Shown piece after piece: positions 34,121-43,262 of a stretch of DNA of 64,000 nucleotides (position 1 is its first letter; each line of letters opens with the position of its first letter). A program made the translations under genes and the position numbers. Source of the stretch: Candidatus Aldehydirespiratoraceae bacterium (GTDB taxonomy: Bacteria; Actinomycetota; Acidimicrobiia; Acidimicrobiales; Aldehydirespiratoraceae); the NCBI GenBank assembly GCA_965221635.1, contig OZ244902.1, positions 479,957-543,956 on the forward strand. Reading direction: 5' to 3'. The notes below the pieces were generated by a model. That model did not search any database. It was not told the DNA's origin and was given only the letters and a program-made list of their open reading frames with translations.

Positions 34121-35067
34121 CACGGGATGCGGTCTCGAACCTCTTGTCCTCGATCACGCCCGTGGTGCTCGGGGAGGGTTACGGGGGGTAGGTGGGCTAG
34201 TTGGGTGGTTAGGTTGGTGTAGTAGGGCTCGTGTGCTTCTATGCCTATTGCTTTGCGGTGGCGTTCGAGGGCTGCGAAGGCTGTTGTGCCTGATCCGATG
34301 AAGGGATCCAGCACGACGTCGCCGGGGTCGGTGAACAGGTCTATGAACCAGCCCGGCAACCACCTGGGAAAGGCGGCGCTGTGTCCCCTGTTGGCGCACT
34401 CCGTGGCGCCGTGCAGCACATTGTTGGGATACACCTTGCTGCGACCCTGCCAGTTTTGCACTCGCTTGCCGAAACCGCTGCCCACTCGCGACTCGTCTCG
34501 CTGCTGATCGGTGGCGCTGAGGTTGCTCATGCGCTGCTTGGACCAGTCACCCACAGGGATCATCACCGCGTCCTGGTTCATCTTGAACTGACGCTGCTTG
34601 TTGAACTGCAACAACCTCTCCCACGCATCCCTGAACCGGTTGGGCCACTTGCCGGGGTAGCTGTTTTTCTTGTGCCACACGAACTCCTCTGTCCACAACC
34701 ACCCCTGAGCCCTCATGGCGAGGATCAACTCCAACACGTACGTGTGACGCTCTCCGTTGACCGCCGGCTCCTTGATGTTCAACACGAACGTGCCGGACGG
34801 TTTCAGCACCCGGCGAAGCTGCCCGGCGATCGGCATGAACCAATCCACGTAGTGCTGCGGACTGACGCCGCCGTAGGAGGATGCACGCTGCTTCGCGTAG
34901 GGCGGCGACGTAACCACCAGGTCGACCGAATCGTCGGGCAACCCGGTGAGCAACTCCCGGCAGTCGCCATGGAGAATCGTTGCTTGAGGCATCAAATCTC
35001 GATCCGTCGCGTCGTTCTGTGACCATCCCCGCTGGGGAAGCTTCGAGCGAAGCTCGCCTCCGCTCAC
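34120..35067 (-). CDS. beta-class DNA methyltransferase (N4-cytosine or N6-adenine), no adjacent endonuclease
   Basis: Motif IV DLVVTSPPYA precedes motif I VLDPFIGSGTTAFAA, which is the beta permutation. The likely start is ATG 34992 (MPQATILHGDCRELL). Confidence 0.8.
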   Translation of the reverse strand: MSGGELRSKLPQRGWSQNDATDRDLMPQATILHGDCRELLTGLPDDSVDLVVTSPPYAKQRASSYGGVSPQHYVDWFMPIAGQLRRVLKPSGTFVLNIKEPAVNGERHTYVLELILAMRAQGWLWTEEFVWHKKNSYPGKWPNRFRDAWERLLQFNKQRQFKMNQDAVMIPVGDWSKQRMSNLSATDQQRDESRVGSGFGKRVQNWQGRSKVYPNNVLHGATECANRGHSAAFPRWLPGWFIDLFTDPGDVVLDPFIGSGTTAFAALERHRKAIGIEAHEPYYTNLTTQLAHLPPVTLPEHHGRDRGQEVRDRIP

Positions 35068-35161
35068 GCTATGGCATGGCTAGCGGCGGGGTGTGACAGG
35101 CGACGTGCTGTGGAGGGCCGGGGGCGTCGGCAAGGCCGTGGGCGCGGTGCCTTCGGGGGTG

Positions 35162-36025
35162 TCAGGATGGGGCTAGTTGGTGGGCTCTTGTGGCCAGGGC
35201 TCCGGCGCCTATGGCCTGGCAGAGTTGGTCGAAGCCTTGGCGGGGGCCTGTCCATTCCATTTCGTCGACCGTGGCGGACACCGGCGCTTCGAGGTCGACG
35301 GTGGCTATGTGGCGAAACAGCTTGGCGTCGTCCATGCGCTCGCGCAGCGTGTCGGCGAGGCGGGCGGCTCCTCGCACGTTCACGTCCCAGTCGTCGGACG
35401 ACGCCGGGATTCGCTCCAGGTGCGGATAGAAGCTCAACACCGCGGCCGCGGACTTGGCGCCCCAGCCGGGCAGACCCTCGAAACCGTCGGCGGAGTCGCC
35501 CACCAAACCGAGGTAGTCCGGGATCGACTCGGGCGCCACACCGAACTTGTCCACCACACCGGCGTAGTCGCAGATCACATCACGGCGACGGTCGTGCTGC
35601 ACCACCCGCCCGTCGGTGCTCACACACTGCGCCAAGTCCTTGTCGGGAGTGCAAATCACCACCTGCGACACCCGATCATCGGCCGCTGCCATCGACGCAG
35701 CCGCCGCAAGGGCGTCGTCGGCTTCGTAGCGGACTTGGGGCCACACCGCGAACCCTGCAAGCTCGAGCAGGTGCTCCACCTCGTCGAACTGGGCGCGCAG
35801 ATCCGGGTCCACGCCGCTGCCGTCCTTGTAGCCCTCGAGCAGGTCGTTGCGAAAGCTCTCGATCACGTGATCGGTGGCAATGCCGATGTGGGTGGCGCCG
35901 TCTTGCACCAGATCCAGCACCGTCTTGAGCACCCCTCTCTGGGCGCCCCGGCGAGCGTCACGGTTGTTTCGGGCGTAATGGAAGCGGAACAGCTCGTAGG
36001 TGCCGTCCACCAGGTGAACTCTCAC
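35162..36025 (-). CDS. 5'-3' exonuclease (FEN / Pol I N-terminal-domain family)
   Basis: 287 aa. It has LVDGTYELFR, YEADDALAA and the H3TH motif GDSADGFEGLPGWGAKSAAAVL. The GTG start overlaps the mce stop (GTGA). Confidence 0.8.
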   Translation of the reverse strand: MRVHLVDGTYELFRFHYARNNRDARRGAQRGVLKTVLDLVQDGATHIGIATDHVIESFRNDLLEGYKDGSGVDPDLRAQFDEVEHLLELAGFAVWPQVRYEADDALAAAASMAAADDRVSQVVICTPDKDLAQCVSTDGRVVQHDRRRDVICDYAGVVDKFGVAPESIPDYLGLVGDSADGFEGLPGWGAKSAAAVLSFYPHLERIPASSDDWDVNVRGAARLADTLRERMDDAKLFRHIATVDLEAPVSATVDEMEWTGPRQGFDQLCQAIGAGALATRAHQLAPS

Positions 36026-36438
36026 GGAGCTTCCGCCGGCTCCTGAACGAGTTCGATCAGCGTGCCGAAGGAGCCCTTGGGATGAACGAAGGCGATCGTG
36101 GTGCCCCGGCTCCCGGGACGGGGCTGCTCGTCGATGAGCTTCGCCCCCGCGGCAGCCATCGACGCCAACGCTGCCTCACAGTCGCGCACCCGGTATCCCA
36201 CGTGATGCAAGCCCTCGCCGCGCTTGTCCAGGTAGCGGGCCACGGGCGAATCCGGTCGGGTGGCGGTGATCAGCTGCACGTAGCTGTCGGCCACCGCCAG
36301 CATCGCCTCTTCCACGCCATCGCTCTCCACCACCTCACGATGAGCGACCTCCGCGTCGAACGCCTCCCGGTAGTAGTCAACAGCAGCGTCAAGATCACGA
36401 ACAGCGATGGCCACATGGTCAATCTCGGTAAGCAACAC
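36022..36438 (-). CDS. mce: methylmalonyl-CoA epimerase (VOC superfamily)
   Basis: 138 aa with IDHVAIAVRDLDAAVDYY...GEGLHHVGYRV...IAFVHPKGSFGTLIELVQ. Confidence 0.8.
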   Translation of the reverse strand: MLLTEIDHVAIAVRDLDAAVDYYREAFDAEVAHREVVESDGVEEAMLAVADSYVQLITATRPDSPVARYLDKRGEGLHHVGYRVRDCEAALASMAAAGAKLIDEQPRPGSRGTTIAFVHPKGSFGTLIELVQEPAEAP

Positions 36439-36604
36439 GCCCCCACCCTACCCAACCCCTGCCGACGCCCTCATCCCGTGAGCCCGGGAACGCCACCGCC
36501 TCCGCACCCCGGTCAACCATGAGGCGCCTGCTCGCCGATATCGATCCTCCCGCAAGCAGCTGGACAAGATCCAGCACCCGCGCGGCCGCACGACCTTGTG
36601 CTGA

Positions 36605-37342
36605 CTATGGTGACACTCCCGGTTCTGGGAGAGTCTGAATCAATGTGTCCATGCTGACACGCTCCGAACTCTCTGCTTGGTCATCCTCCATGGAGGCTCT
36701 ACCAATTAGTACAAATCGATAAACATCCGGTGCGATGTTGTGACCTGCCAGGGACCATCGAACCTCTCTTTCGGCGAACTCTTCGGAGTTCGATATGATT
36801 ACGCCAGTTTCCTCCCCTTCATTGCCGAAAAGAAATGCAACGTTCATCGCAATGCCGTCCGAGAAACACCGAAGGGCGCCGATCGGCGATATGGCCTCTG
36901 CAATTTCAGCATCTACTTCAGAGGCCAACCCGAGTTCCTCCAAGTATTGCGCGACCCCCGACCGTTGCAGGATTAGAGGATCTATATCGCTGCATGGAGA
37001 CCACACAACTGTTGACAGCACTTCCGCCAACTCTTCGGGAGTAATGCTTCCGTCTGTGGAGGGGGCAGTTGACGTGCCGCCTGGCGTTGAAACAGGGGTG
37101 GCTGACTCAGGCGTGCTTGCAGCCGGCACCGATGTCTCAGAGCCGACCTTGCTGGATGTGGGTGGATCAGACGTGGGGAGATCAGATGCTGGTGGCTCAG
37201 ACATCGATGTAGGTAATGTCGATTGCTCGGAACTGGGCGAGCCCAGGAGGACTACGCCTACCCAGATGCCGAGGCCGAGCACCAGTACGCCAAGAGCACC
37301 CGCAAGGGCCTTCAGTGATTTCTGCTTGCTGATCGCTTGCAT
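36605..37342 (-). CDS. membrane-anchored hypothetical protein on lower-GC DNA
   Basis: 245 aa. It has an N-terminal TM (LAGALGVLVLGLGIWVGVVLLG), a Ser/Thr/Pro linker and an acidic globular C-terminus. A spot GC count for 36661-36720 gives 29/60. Confidence 0.5.
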   Translation of the reverse strand: MQAISKQKSLKALAGALGVLVLGLGIWVGVVLLGSPSSEQSTLPTSMSEPPASDLPTSDPPTSSKVGSETSVPAASTPESATPVSTPGGTSTAPSTDGSITPEELAEVLSTVVWSPCSDIDPLILQRSGVAQYLEELGLASEVDAEIAEAISPIGALRCFSDGIAMNVAFLFGNEGEETGVIISNSEEFAEREVRWSLAGHNIAPDVYRFVLIGRASMEDDQAESSERVSMDTLIQTLPEPGVSP

Positions 37343-37776
37343 GGTTGGTCCTCCTTATTTTGGGGGTTGGTAGTTGGACCTTGACTAGCAGCAGCACCGC
37401 CTCAAACTATGGGCTGCTACACACAATTGGATGGGCTTGATGAGACCACCAATGATTGTATGCAATAGTGAAATCTGGACCGGGTTCCCGTGGATGCATG
37501 ACAAGAAAGCTGATCCGATCGCAGGGCTGGCATGTGCGAGCTGACACGTCCTCGGGCATGGGCACGGTCTAGTGCTTGGGCGGCCGCATTGAAACCCGCT
37601 CCTGATGCACCTTCTGCTCGCTGTTGAAGTTATCTGGTATGCGGCTGTGAGTGTGTGAGTGGCAACAATTGATATGCGCTATGTGATGTAATTTGGCCTT
37701 GACTCGGCCCCATCTGTATACCGATTATTGTTCCGGTTGTTTCAATGTTTAGTGACGCCCACCAAGGCTGAGACAA

Positions 37777-38385
37777 CTAGCTGTCGGTTACCTCTTGGCG
37801 GCCTTGTAGGGCTCGGCTTAGGGTTAGCTCGTCGGCGTACTCGAGGTCGCCGCCAACGGGTAGGCCGCTGGCGATACGCGTTACTCGCACTCCCAGCGGC
37901 TTCAGGTACTTGGTCAACAGGGCCGATGTGGCCTCACCCTCGAGGTTTGGGTTGGTGGCGATGATCACCTCGTCCACATCCTCGTCGGCCACACGGGCCA
38001 TCAACTCCTTGAGGCGTAGCTGTTCCACGCCGATGCCGTCCACCGGACTGAAAGCGCCCTGCAACACGTGATAGCGGCCCGGGAACTGACCCGTTCGCTC
38101 CACGGCAACCACGTCCTGGGCGTCCTCCACAACACACACGAACCTGGACTCCCGCTTGGGATCCACACACACCGCGCACTCCCCGCCCTGCTCAGCGAAA
38201 TTGAAGCACCTCGGACAGTACGAGATCTTTGCCTTGGCCTCCGAGATTGCCTTGGCGAGGCGCTGCGCGTCTTCGTTGGATCCCTTGAGCAGGTGGAACG
38301 CCACCCGCTGTGCCGACTTGGGCCCGATGCCCGGCAGGCGGCCCAGCTGGTCGATCAGTTCCTGAACGGCAGCCGAGTAACTCAT
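37777..38385 (-). CDS. recR: recombination protein RecR
   Basis: Start at ATG 38385 (MSYSAAVQELIDQLGRLPGIGPKSAQRVAFHLL). It has the zinc finger CPRCFNFAEQGGECAVC and a Toprim region. Confidence 0.9.
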   Translation of the reverse strand: MSYSAAVQELIDQLGRLPGIGPKSAQRVAFHLLKGSNEDAQRLAKAISEAKAKISYCPRCFNFAEQGGECAVCVDPKRESRFVCVVEDAQDVVAVERTGQFPGRYHVLQGAFSPVDGIGVEQLRLKELMARVADEDVDEVIIATNPNLEGEATSALLTKYLKPLGVRVTRIASGLPVGGDLEYADELTLSRALQGRQEVTDS

Positions 38386-38727
38386 CGCAGCTGCCCCGCA
38401 CCCAACTGGCCCGCACCCAACCCTGCAGCTCGGTTCACTCCGTGGCGAGTCCGCCGACACACCGGCGAGCCAGCCTGACCGCAGGCCGCTCCTACCAGTT
38501 CTCCTGACGTTTCCGCCATGGGTTGGGGAGCCTGACCGGCCCGTGCGAGCACCACACCCGTATGTGCGGCCCGCTGCACACAGCGCGGCTCGGACAACTG
38601 CCGCTGATGTTCGGTCCGGGCGTCACAGCTACTCCGACGGTGGCACCTCGCGGGATTGGCCCCTGCAGGTGTGTGATTGTTTGCCGCCGGCGGCGTTGGG
38701 CCCATGGGCGGCAAGTCTGCTACCGGA

Positions 38728-41004
38728 TCACTGGCGGGGCGCGGATCCGGTGAACCGCACACCGGGAAACACGTCGGCCACGGTTTGCTCCAACGTGCGC
38801 TCAACGGGCTCGGGAACCGGCGCGTGGCGCAAAACCAGATCTTGGGGTTCGGCGGACTCGGCGGTGGAGTCACCAACGGTGGCTCCAGTGTCAACGGTGC
38901 CTTCGCCGCCTTCGCCGCTTGTGGAGGAGGCTTGCGGGGATTCCTCGGCCGAATCAGTAGCACCTCCAAACGTGTACTTGTTGGCCCGTGACTTTCTGGC
39001 ACCAGATCCTGAGGCCTCGGAGATCGGCTCGTCGCTTGTGCCAACGATCTCGGTGGTGGTCGCCTGATTGGGCTCTGGTGCTTCCGAGGGCAGCACTGCG
39101 GGCTCTGCCCCTTCGCCAGTGTGGCCGGGCCGCGCTGTTTCGGAGGCCGCCTGTGCCTCTGGCCCACCGGCCTCGGCCACCAAAGTTCGCCACAGTCGCA
39201 TGAGATCGGCCTGGGAATGGTCGCCCTTGCGGCTTGAGAGCACCTGCTTGGCGCGTGCCACCACTATCTCTCGGCCCAGGCCCAAGTGCGCTTCGGCTAG
39301 CGCGACGATCTCCTTTGGCGAAGTCGGCTCCAGAGTCGCTGGGTCGACCGACCGATCCGCCCCCGGCCCCGCGGACGCATCAACAGCGTTAGACGTTGCG
39401 CCTGTGGCGGAACCATTGCCCGATCCTGAGGCCGAGTTGCCTTCGGCCGGGCCGGTCGACGAGTCGTCGGAATCGGGCGGCGTGGCTGATCCGTCCGCCG
39501 ACCTGCCCACCGACCCGCCGACCCCGTCCGCTTCGACAGACATCGAGGACGATGCTTGGCTCTTGCCATATCCGCCGGGAATGTCAGGCACCTCTCGTCT
39601 GCTCGCAGGCGCAGGCTCGCCTCCGGTGGGCTCGGCGTAGGAGACTTCGGCCGTGGCTCGCGAAGCGCGGCCCTGTTTCAAGGCGCGCCGTGCCGCCTCG
39701 GCAGGCCGCTCGCCCGAGACTGTCTTGGCCCCCGACCCGGCTTGGCCGCCATCCGAACGGCCAGCGGATCCGACCGGTGGCGGAACGGGAGGAGGCACAG
39801 GCGGAGGTGCAGGACTCGCAGTCGGGGTGGCCGGACTCGCTGTGCCCGCAGCACCCCCGGCACGCGTCGCAGCACCCGCCGGGGCTGGCAGATCCCTGAA
39901 ACTTGCAACCTGTTGCTCAAGGGCCTGCACACGCTGAGCGAGTTCGCTCACCGCGTCGGATTGGTGGGGTTGACACACCCGCACCAACGCCACCTCCAGA
40001 TCCACCCTCGGATCGGGCGCCTGGCGCATGTCCACCAACGCCCGGCCCAGGGTCTCCAAAGCCGAGGTCATAGCCGCAGGTGTCATCTCGGCGGCCAGGT
40101 TCTCGGCGCGCAGGCGATCCTTCTCGGACAGTCGCGGCGGGGCCGCGCCCATCTTCACCAGGAAGCCGTCACGCAAACCCTCCAGCGCCGCTTCGCCCAC
40201 CGTGCGAGGTGTGCGGCCACGCGCCAGTGCCTCACCGGCGGCGGCCAGCGCGGCTGCCTGATCACGCCCGGCTATCGCCGCGATCACCGCATCGGTGGAC
40301 GAGTCCAGCGGCACCACTTCCACCCCTGGCACCACACCGTCGAGAGCCGACAGCGTGTCACGCACCGATCCCGCACCCGCTGCCACCACCTGGTCGATCA
40401 CTTCGTCGCTCACGTCAAGGCCCGCGTCGGCGACAACCTCGCGCACGTGGCTGGTCATCAGATCCGCGCCGAGCAACGCCAACTCGAACACTTGGCAGCG
40501 GCTTCGGATGGTTTGGGCCACCTTGTGGGGCTCGGTGGTTGCCATCACCCAGGTGACGTGCTCGGGAGGCTCCTCGAGCGTCTTGAGCAAGGCGTTCTCG
40601 GCGCCCGGGGTGAGCATGTGAACCTCGTCGAGGAGGTACACCTTGGCCCTGCCCGGTGTGGCCAGGCCAACACGCTCCAGCAGCGACCTCATGTCGTCCA
40701 CCTTGTTGTTGGATGCGGCGTCGAGCTCGTGCAGGTCGAAAGACCGGTTCTGCTCAATCGACACGCAGGACTCGCACTCTCCGCAAGGCTCACCGTCCTC
40801 GCCGAGGTCGGTGCAGTTCAGAGCCTTGGCCAACAGCCGCGCCAGCGTGGTCTTGCCGGTGCCTCGCGGCCCGTGAAGCATGTACGCATGACCGACCGTG
40901 CCGTTGCGAACCGCCGTCTGGATGGCCTTCACCACGTGGGCCTGTCCCTTGACCTCGGCGAACCTCTTGGGCCTGTAGCGAAGATAGAGCGCCTGGTGGG
41001 CCAT
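38728..41004 (-). CDS. dnaX: DNA polymerase III subunit gamma/tau
   Basis: 758 aa. It has YRPKRFAEVKGQ, the Walker A GPRGTGKTT and the zinc module CGECESC. The C-terminal half is long, low-complexity and rich in Ala/Pro/Ser/Gly. Confidence 0.9.
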   Translation of the reverse strand: MAHQALYLRYRPKRFAEVKGQAHVVKAIQTAVRNGTVGHAYMLHGPRGTGKTTLARLLAKALNCTDLGEDGEPCGECESCVSIEQNRSFDLHELDAASNNKVDDMRSLLERVGLATPGRAKVYLLDEVHMLTPGAENALLKTLEEPPEHVTWVMATTEPHKVAQTIRSRCQVFELALLGADLMTSHVREVVADAGLDVSDEVIDQVVAAGAGSVRDTLSALDGVVPGVEVVPLDSSTDAVIAAIAGRDQAAALAAAGEALARGRTPRTVGEAALEGLRDGFLVKMGAAPPRLSEKDRLRAENLAAEMTPAAMTSALETLGRALVDMRQAPDPRVDLEVALVRVCQPHQSDAVSELAQRVQALEQQVASFRDLPAPAGAATRAGGAAGTASPATPTASPAPPPVPPPVPPPVGSAGRSDGGQAGSGAKTVSGERPAEAARRALKQGRASRATAEVSYAEPTGGEPAPASRREVPDIPGGYGKSQASSSMSVEADGVGGSVGRSADGSATPPDSDDSSTGPAEGNSASGSGNGSATGATSNAVDASAGPGADRSVDPATLEPTSPKEIVALAEAHLGLGREIVVARAKQVLSSRKGDHSQADLMRLWRTLVAEAGGPEAQAASETARPGHTGEGAEPAVLPSEAPEPNQATTTEIVGTSDEPISEASGSGARKSRANKYTFGGATDSAEESPQASSTSGEGGEGTVDTGATVGDSTAESAEPQDLVLRHAPVPEPVERTLEQTVADVFPGVRFTGSAPRQ

Positions 41005-41165
41005 GGCCGCCGACTCTAACGGGGCGCCGTGCGGCGAGCCGGAGCGAACGAAATGCGCTGGTCAAGCACCCGCAACATCACGCAACCGAGCACGCCGCCG
41101 GCGTTACCACACCGCAGGGACGGCCTCGGGAGGTGGTCGGAACCGCCGGCGCCAGGCAGCGAAAT

Positions 41166-41301
41166 CGCCCGCTCCCGGAAGTGACGACCAGGCTGTCTGC
41201 GGCACCCGAGCGGTACTGCTGAGAGCTGCTGCCTTCCGACCCTGACCCGGTTCACAGGCGCTCGTCGCACAGGACCCGGCCGTCACATCCCGAAACGGGC
41301 G
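41166..41301 (-). ncRNA. ffs: signal recognition particle RNA (small/4.5S type)
   Basis: The minus strand reads GGGUCAGGGUCGGAAGGCAGCAGC (complement of 41225-41248), the conserved domain IV motif. Flanking arms pair into a long hairpin (CGAGCG/CGCUCG, GUGACG/CGUCAC, CGCCCG/CGGGCG). It sits in the classic position just upstream of dnaX. The ends are approximate. Confidence 0.75.
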
Positions 41302-41355
41302 ATCGGCCAATCACGATACCCTGCCGCCGCGAGCCCGCGCTCAAGCGGGTGATCG

Positions 41356-41440
41356 GGAGGGTTGCCAGAGCGGCCGAATGGGCACGCTTGGAAAGCGTGT
41401 GAGGTGAGAGCCTCCGTGGGTTCAAATCCCACACCCTCCG
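41356..41440 (+). tRNA. tRNA-Ser (anticodon GGA)
   Basis: 85-nt class II tRNA. Acceptor GGAGGGT/ACCCTCC, anticodon stem-loop CACGC-TTGGAAA-GCGTG, long variable arm, T-arm GTGGG-TTCAAAT-CCCAC. Confidence 0.9.
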
Positions 41441-41551
41441 CAAAGCATCTTGAGACGTCATCAAATTTACTGTAGTTGTTCGCGCGAGGATGTGGCGTCG
41501 CGAGACATCAGCCCTGGGCGTGGCGGGGCGTCGGGTTGACCGGGGCCGCTG

Positions 41552-43219
41552 GTGATGGCGATTGGCGTGGATTGGTACGGTCGGAATGTGGGGACCGGGC
41601 CGAGCCAGCGCGGGCTGGGCCACGATGAGTGGGACGACCCGCACTACACCGGCACTTTCGGCAACGCTGATGCCGGCACTGGTGGCTACTACACGGACAC
41701 TCGCGTCGATGCCGGCGGCGACGGTGGTGGCCGAAACCAGCGCAGGCAAGGCGGATCGATGCGCACCGCCGCGGGTTTGCTTGGCGTGGTGGCGGTGTTG
41801 GTGGGTGTGGTGTGGTTTCTGGGGCGGGTGGGTTCCCCCGCGGACACCGCCGGCAGTGCGCAATCCGAGCAGGGCGACAACGGTGACGCCCGCGCAGACA
41901 ACGACTCCGCCTTGGCCGCCGGCACAAGCCCGGACAGTGCCAACGGGCAGGCAACACCCGCAGCGTCCGGCGACTCCGCCGCGTCGTCCTTGAACGTCGA
42001 CGGCTCAGGTACCACAAGCCCTGGAACCGAAACAACCGCGTCGGCGGCCCGAGCAGCACCTGTCGGCGCCGTTGTGGACACGCCCTATGGCGGTGTGCTC
42101 GCCTACCTGTCTGCGGATCGTGTGATTCTTGTGGACCTGGGGCCGCAGGGCGCAGGCGGTATAGCCGCAGTCCCCATCGAATCGTCGGGGTCGATCCTGC
42201 CCCTCGACGACTTCGTGCATCTCTTTGACGGCAAGCGCACGATCGGGGTCGGCCCGGTGCGGCCACCGAGCCCGTCACCCCAAACCGGCAACGACACACC
42301 ACCCGCGAACACCGACGGCGCGGCGGATCAACCCGAGGCGCCGTTGGCGAACCCGCTGCAGCAACTGCGGGCCTTCCTGGTGGCCTCCAGCGCACAAATG
42401 GTGCCCTCCGCGTCGCGCTGGGCGGACTTCTGGCTGATCGCCCCCGGCCCCGACGGCGAGAACAGGCTCAACGTTTGGGAGGTTGAGGGATACGCCACAC
42501 CCGGGCCGCCCGTGCCGCCCGGCGCCGAGATCACACCCACCGTGGATCCCGGTGTGGTGGTGGTGCATCCAGGCGCGGGCAGCTTCCGACCCACCCTCCA
42601 CTCGTTTGAGAAGATCAGCGACCATCGGGTGGTGGCCGCCGCACCCGGTGTGCAAATCGAGCAGCGCTGCGACGATCAACTCGTGTGCCGCCTGCTGCAG
42701 GTGAACACCGAAACCGGTGACACGCAGATGATCCCCGAGCGCTTCTACGAGGAGCCCGCGGCGATTTCGATCAGTCCCGACGGCCAGTGGCTTCTAAACG
42801 ACACCAGACCGGCACGGATCCACAACCTCGAAACGGGCCTGTGGCGCGAGATCCAACTGCAGGCGGACGGCCAGGCTCACTGGGTGCCTCCAAGCCCGGC
42901 ACTCACAGACCACTGCCAACTCGCGCAGGCAATCCAAGGTGAACAGGCAGGGTCGTTGCCCGCAACCGCAAGCAGCCCACGCGAACCCCAGGCGTTGGCC
43001 TGGATTGCGCACGGAGAAGTCTCCGAACTGCTGATTGCGTGCCTTTACCCCTCCGGCAGCGCCGACCCGGCAGACCCCACCGCGGATAACACCTCACGGG
43101 TGAATCGAACCAACCCGATACGAATTCACACGGTGGCAACCGTGGCACCGGCGGCGAACCCCGGAACGTCGTTCGCCATATTGGATTACTCCCGCATCGG
43201 AGGCCGTCCGCTGCTCTGA
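41552..43219 (+). CDS. membrane-anchored hypothetical protein
   Basis: 555 aa. It has one TM (LLGVVAVLVGVVWFLG), a low-complexity linker and a large C-terminal domain with one SPDGQWLL (PD40-like) motif. The start may be the internal MRTAAGLL. Confidence 0.5.
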   Translation: MMAIGVDWYGRNVGTGPSQRGLGHDEWDDPHYTGTFGNADAGTGGYYTDTRVDAGGDGGGRNQRRQGGSMRTAAGLLGVVAVLVGVVWFLGRVGSPADTAGSAQSEQGDNGDARADNDSALAAGTSPDSANGQATPAASGDSAASSLNVDGSGTTSPGTETTASAARAAPVGAVVDTPYGGVLAYLSADRVILVDLGPQGAGGIAAVPIESSGSILPLDDFVHLFDGKRTIGVGPVRPPSPSPQTGNDTPPANTDGAADQPEAPLANPLQQLRAFLVASSAQMVPSASRWADFWLIAPGPDGENRLNVWEVEGYATPGPPVPPGAEITPTVDPGVVVVHPGAGSFRPTLHSFEKISDHRVVAAAPGVQIEQRCDDQLVCRLLQVNTETGDTQMIPERFYEEPAAISISPDGQWLLNDTRPARIHNLETGLWREIQLQADGQAHWVPPSPALTDHCQLAQAIQGEQAGSLPATASSPREPQALAWIAHGEVSELLIACLYPSGSADPADPTADNTSRVNRTNPIRIHTVATVAPAANPGTSFAILDYSRIGGRPLL

Positions 43220-43262
43220 CGGTGGCGAATTGCCGCAGGGTTGCGGGGGTAGCGTCGCGGAC

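Noticed and set aside
35071-36046. Plus-strand ORFs 35071-35928 and 35177-36046
   Set aside because: They are antisense to the well-supported 5'-3' exonuclease gene and have Arg/Pro-rich composition.
38382-38516. 45-codon ORF ending in an ATGA overlap with recR
   Set aside because: It is Gly/Ala-rich, unlike YbaB or any family I know, and lies within the longer junk ORF 38382-39167. It is kept only as a note in the ybaB finding.
38728-41004. Programmed -1 frameshift site in dnaX (A AAA AAG type)
   Set aside because: I saw no A-rich slippery heptamer on the coding strand. The gene reads as a single tau-length frame.
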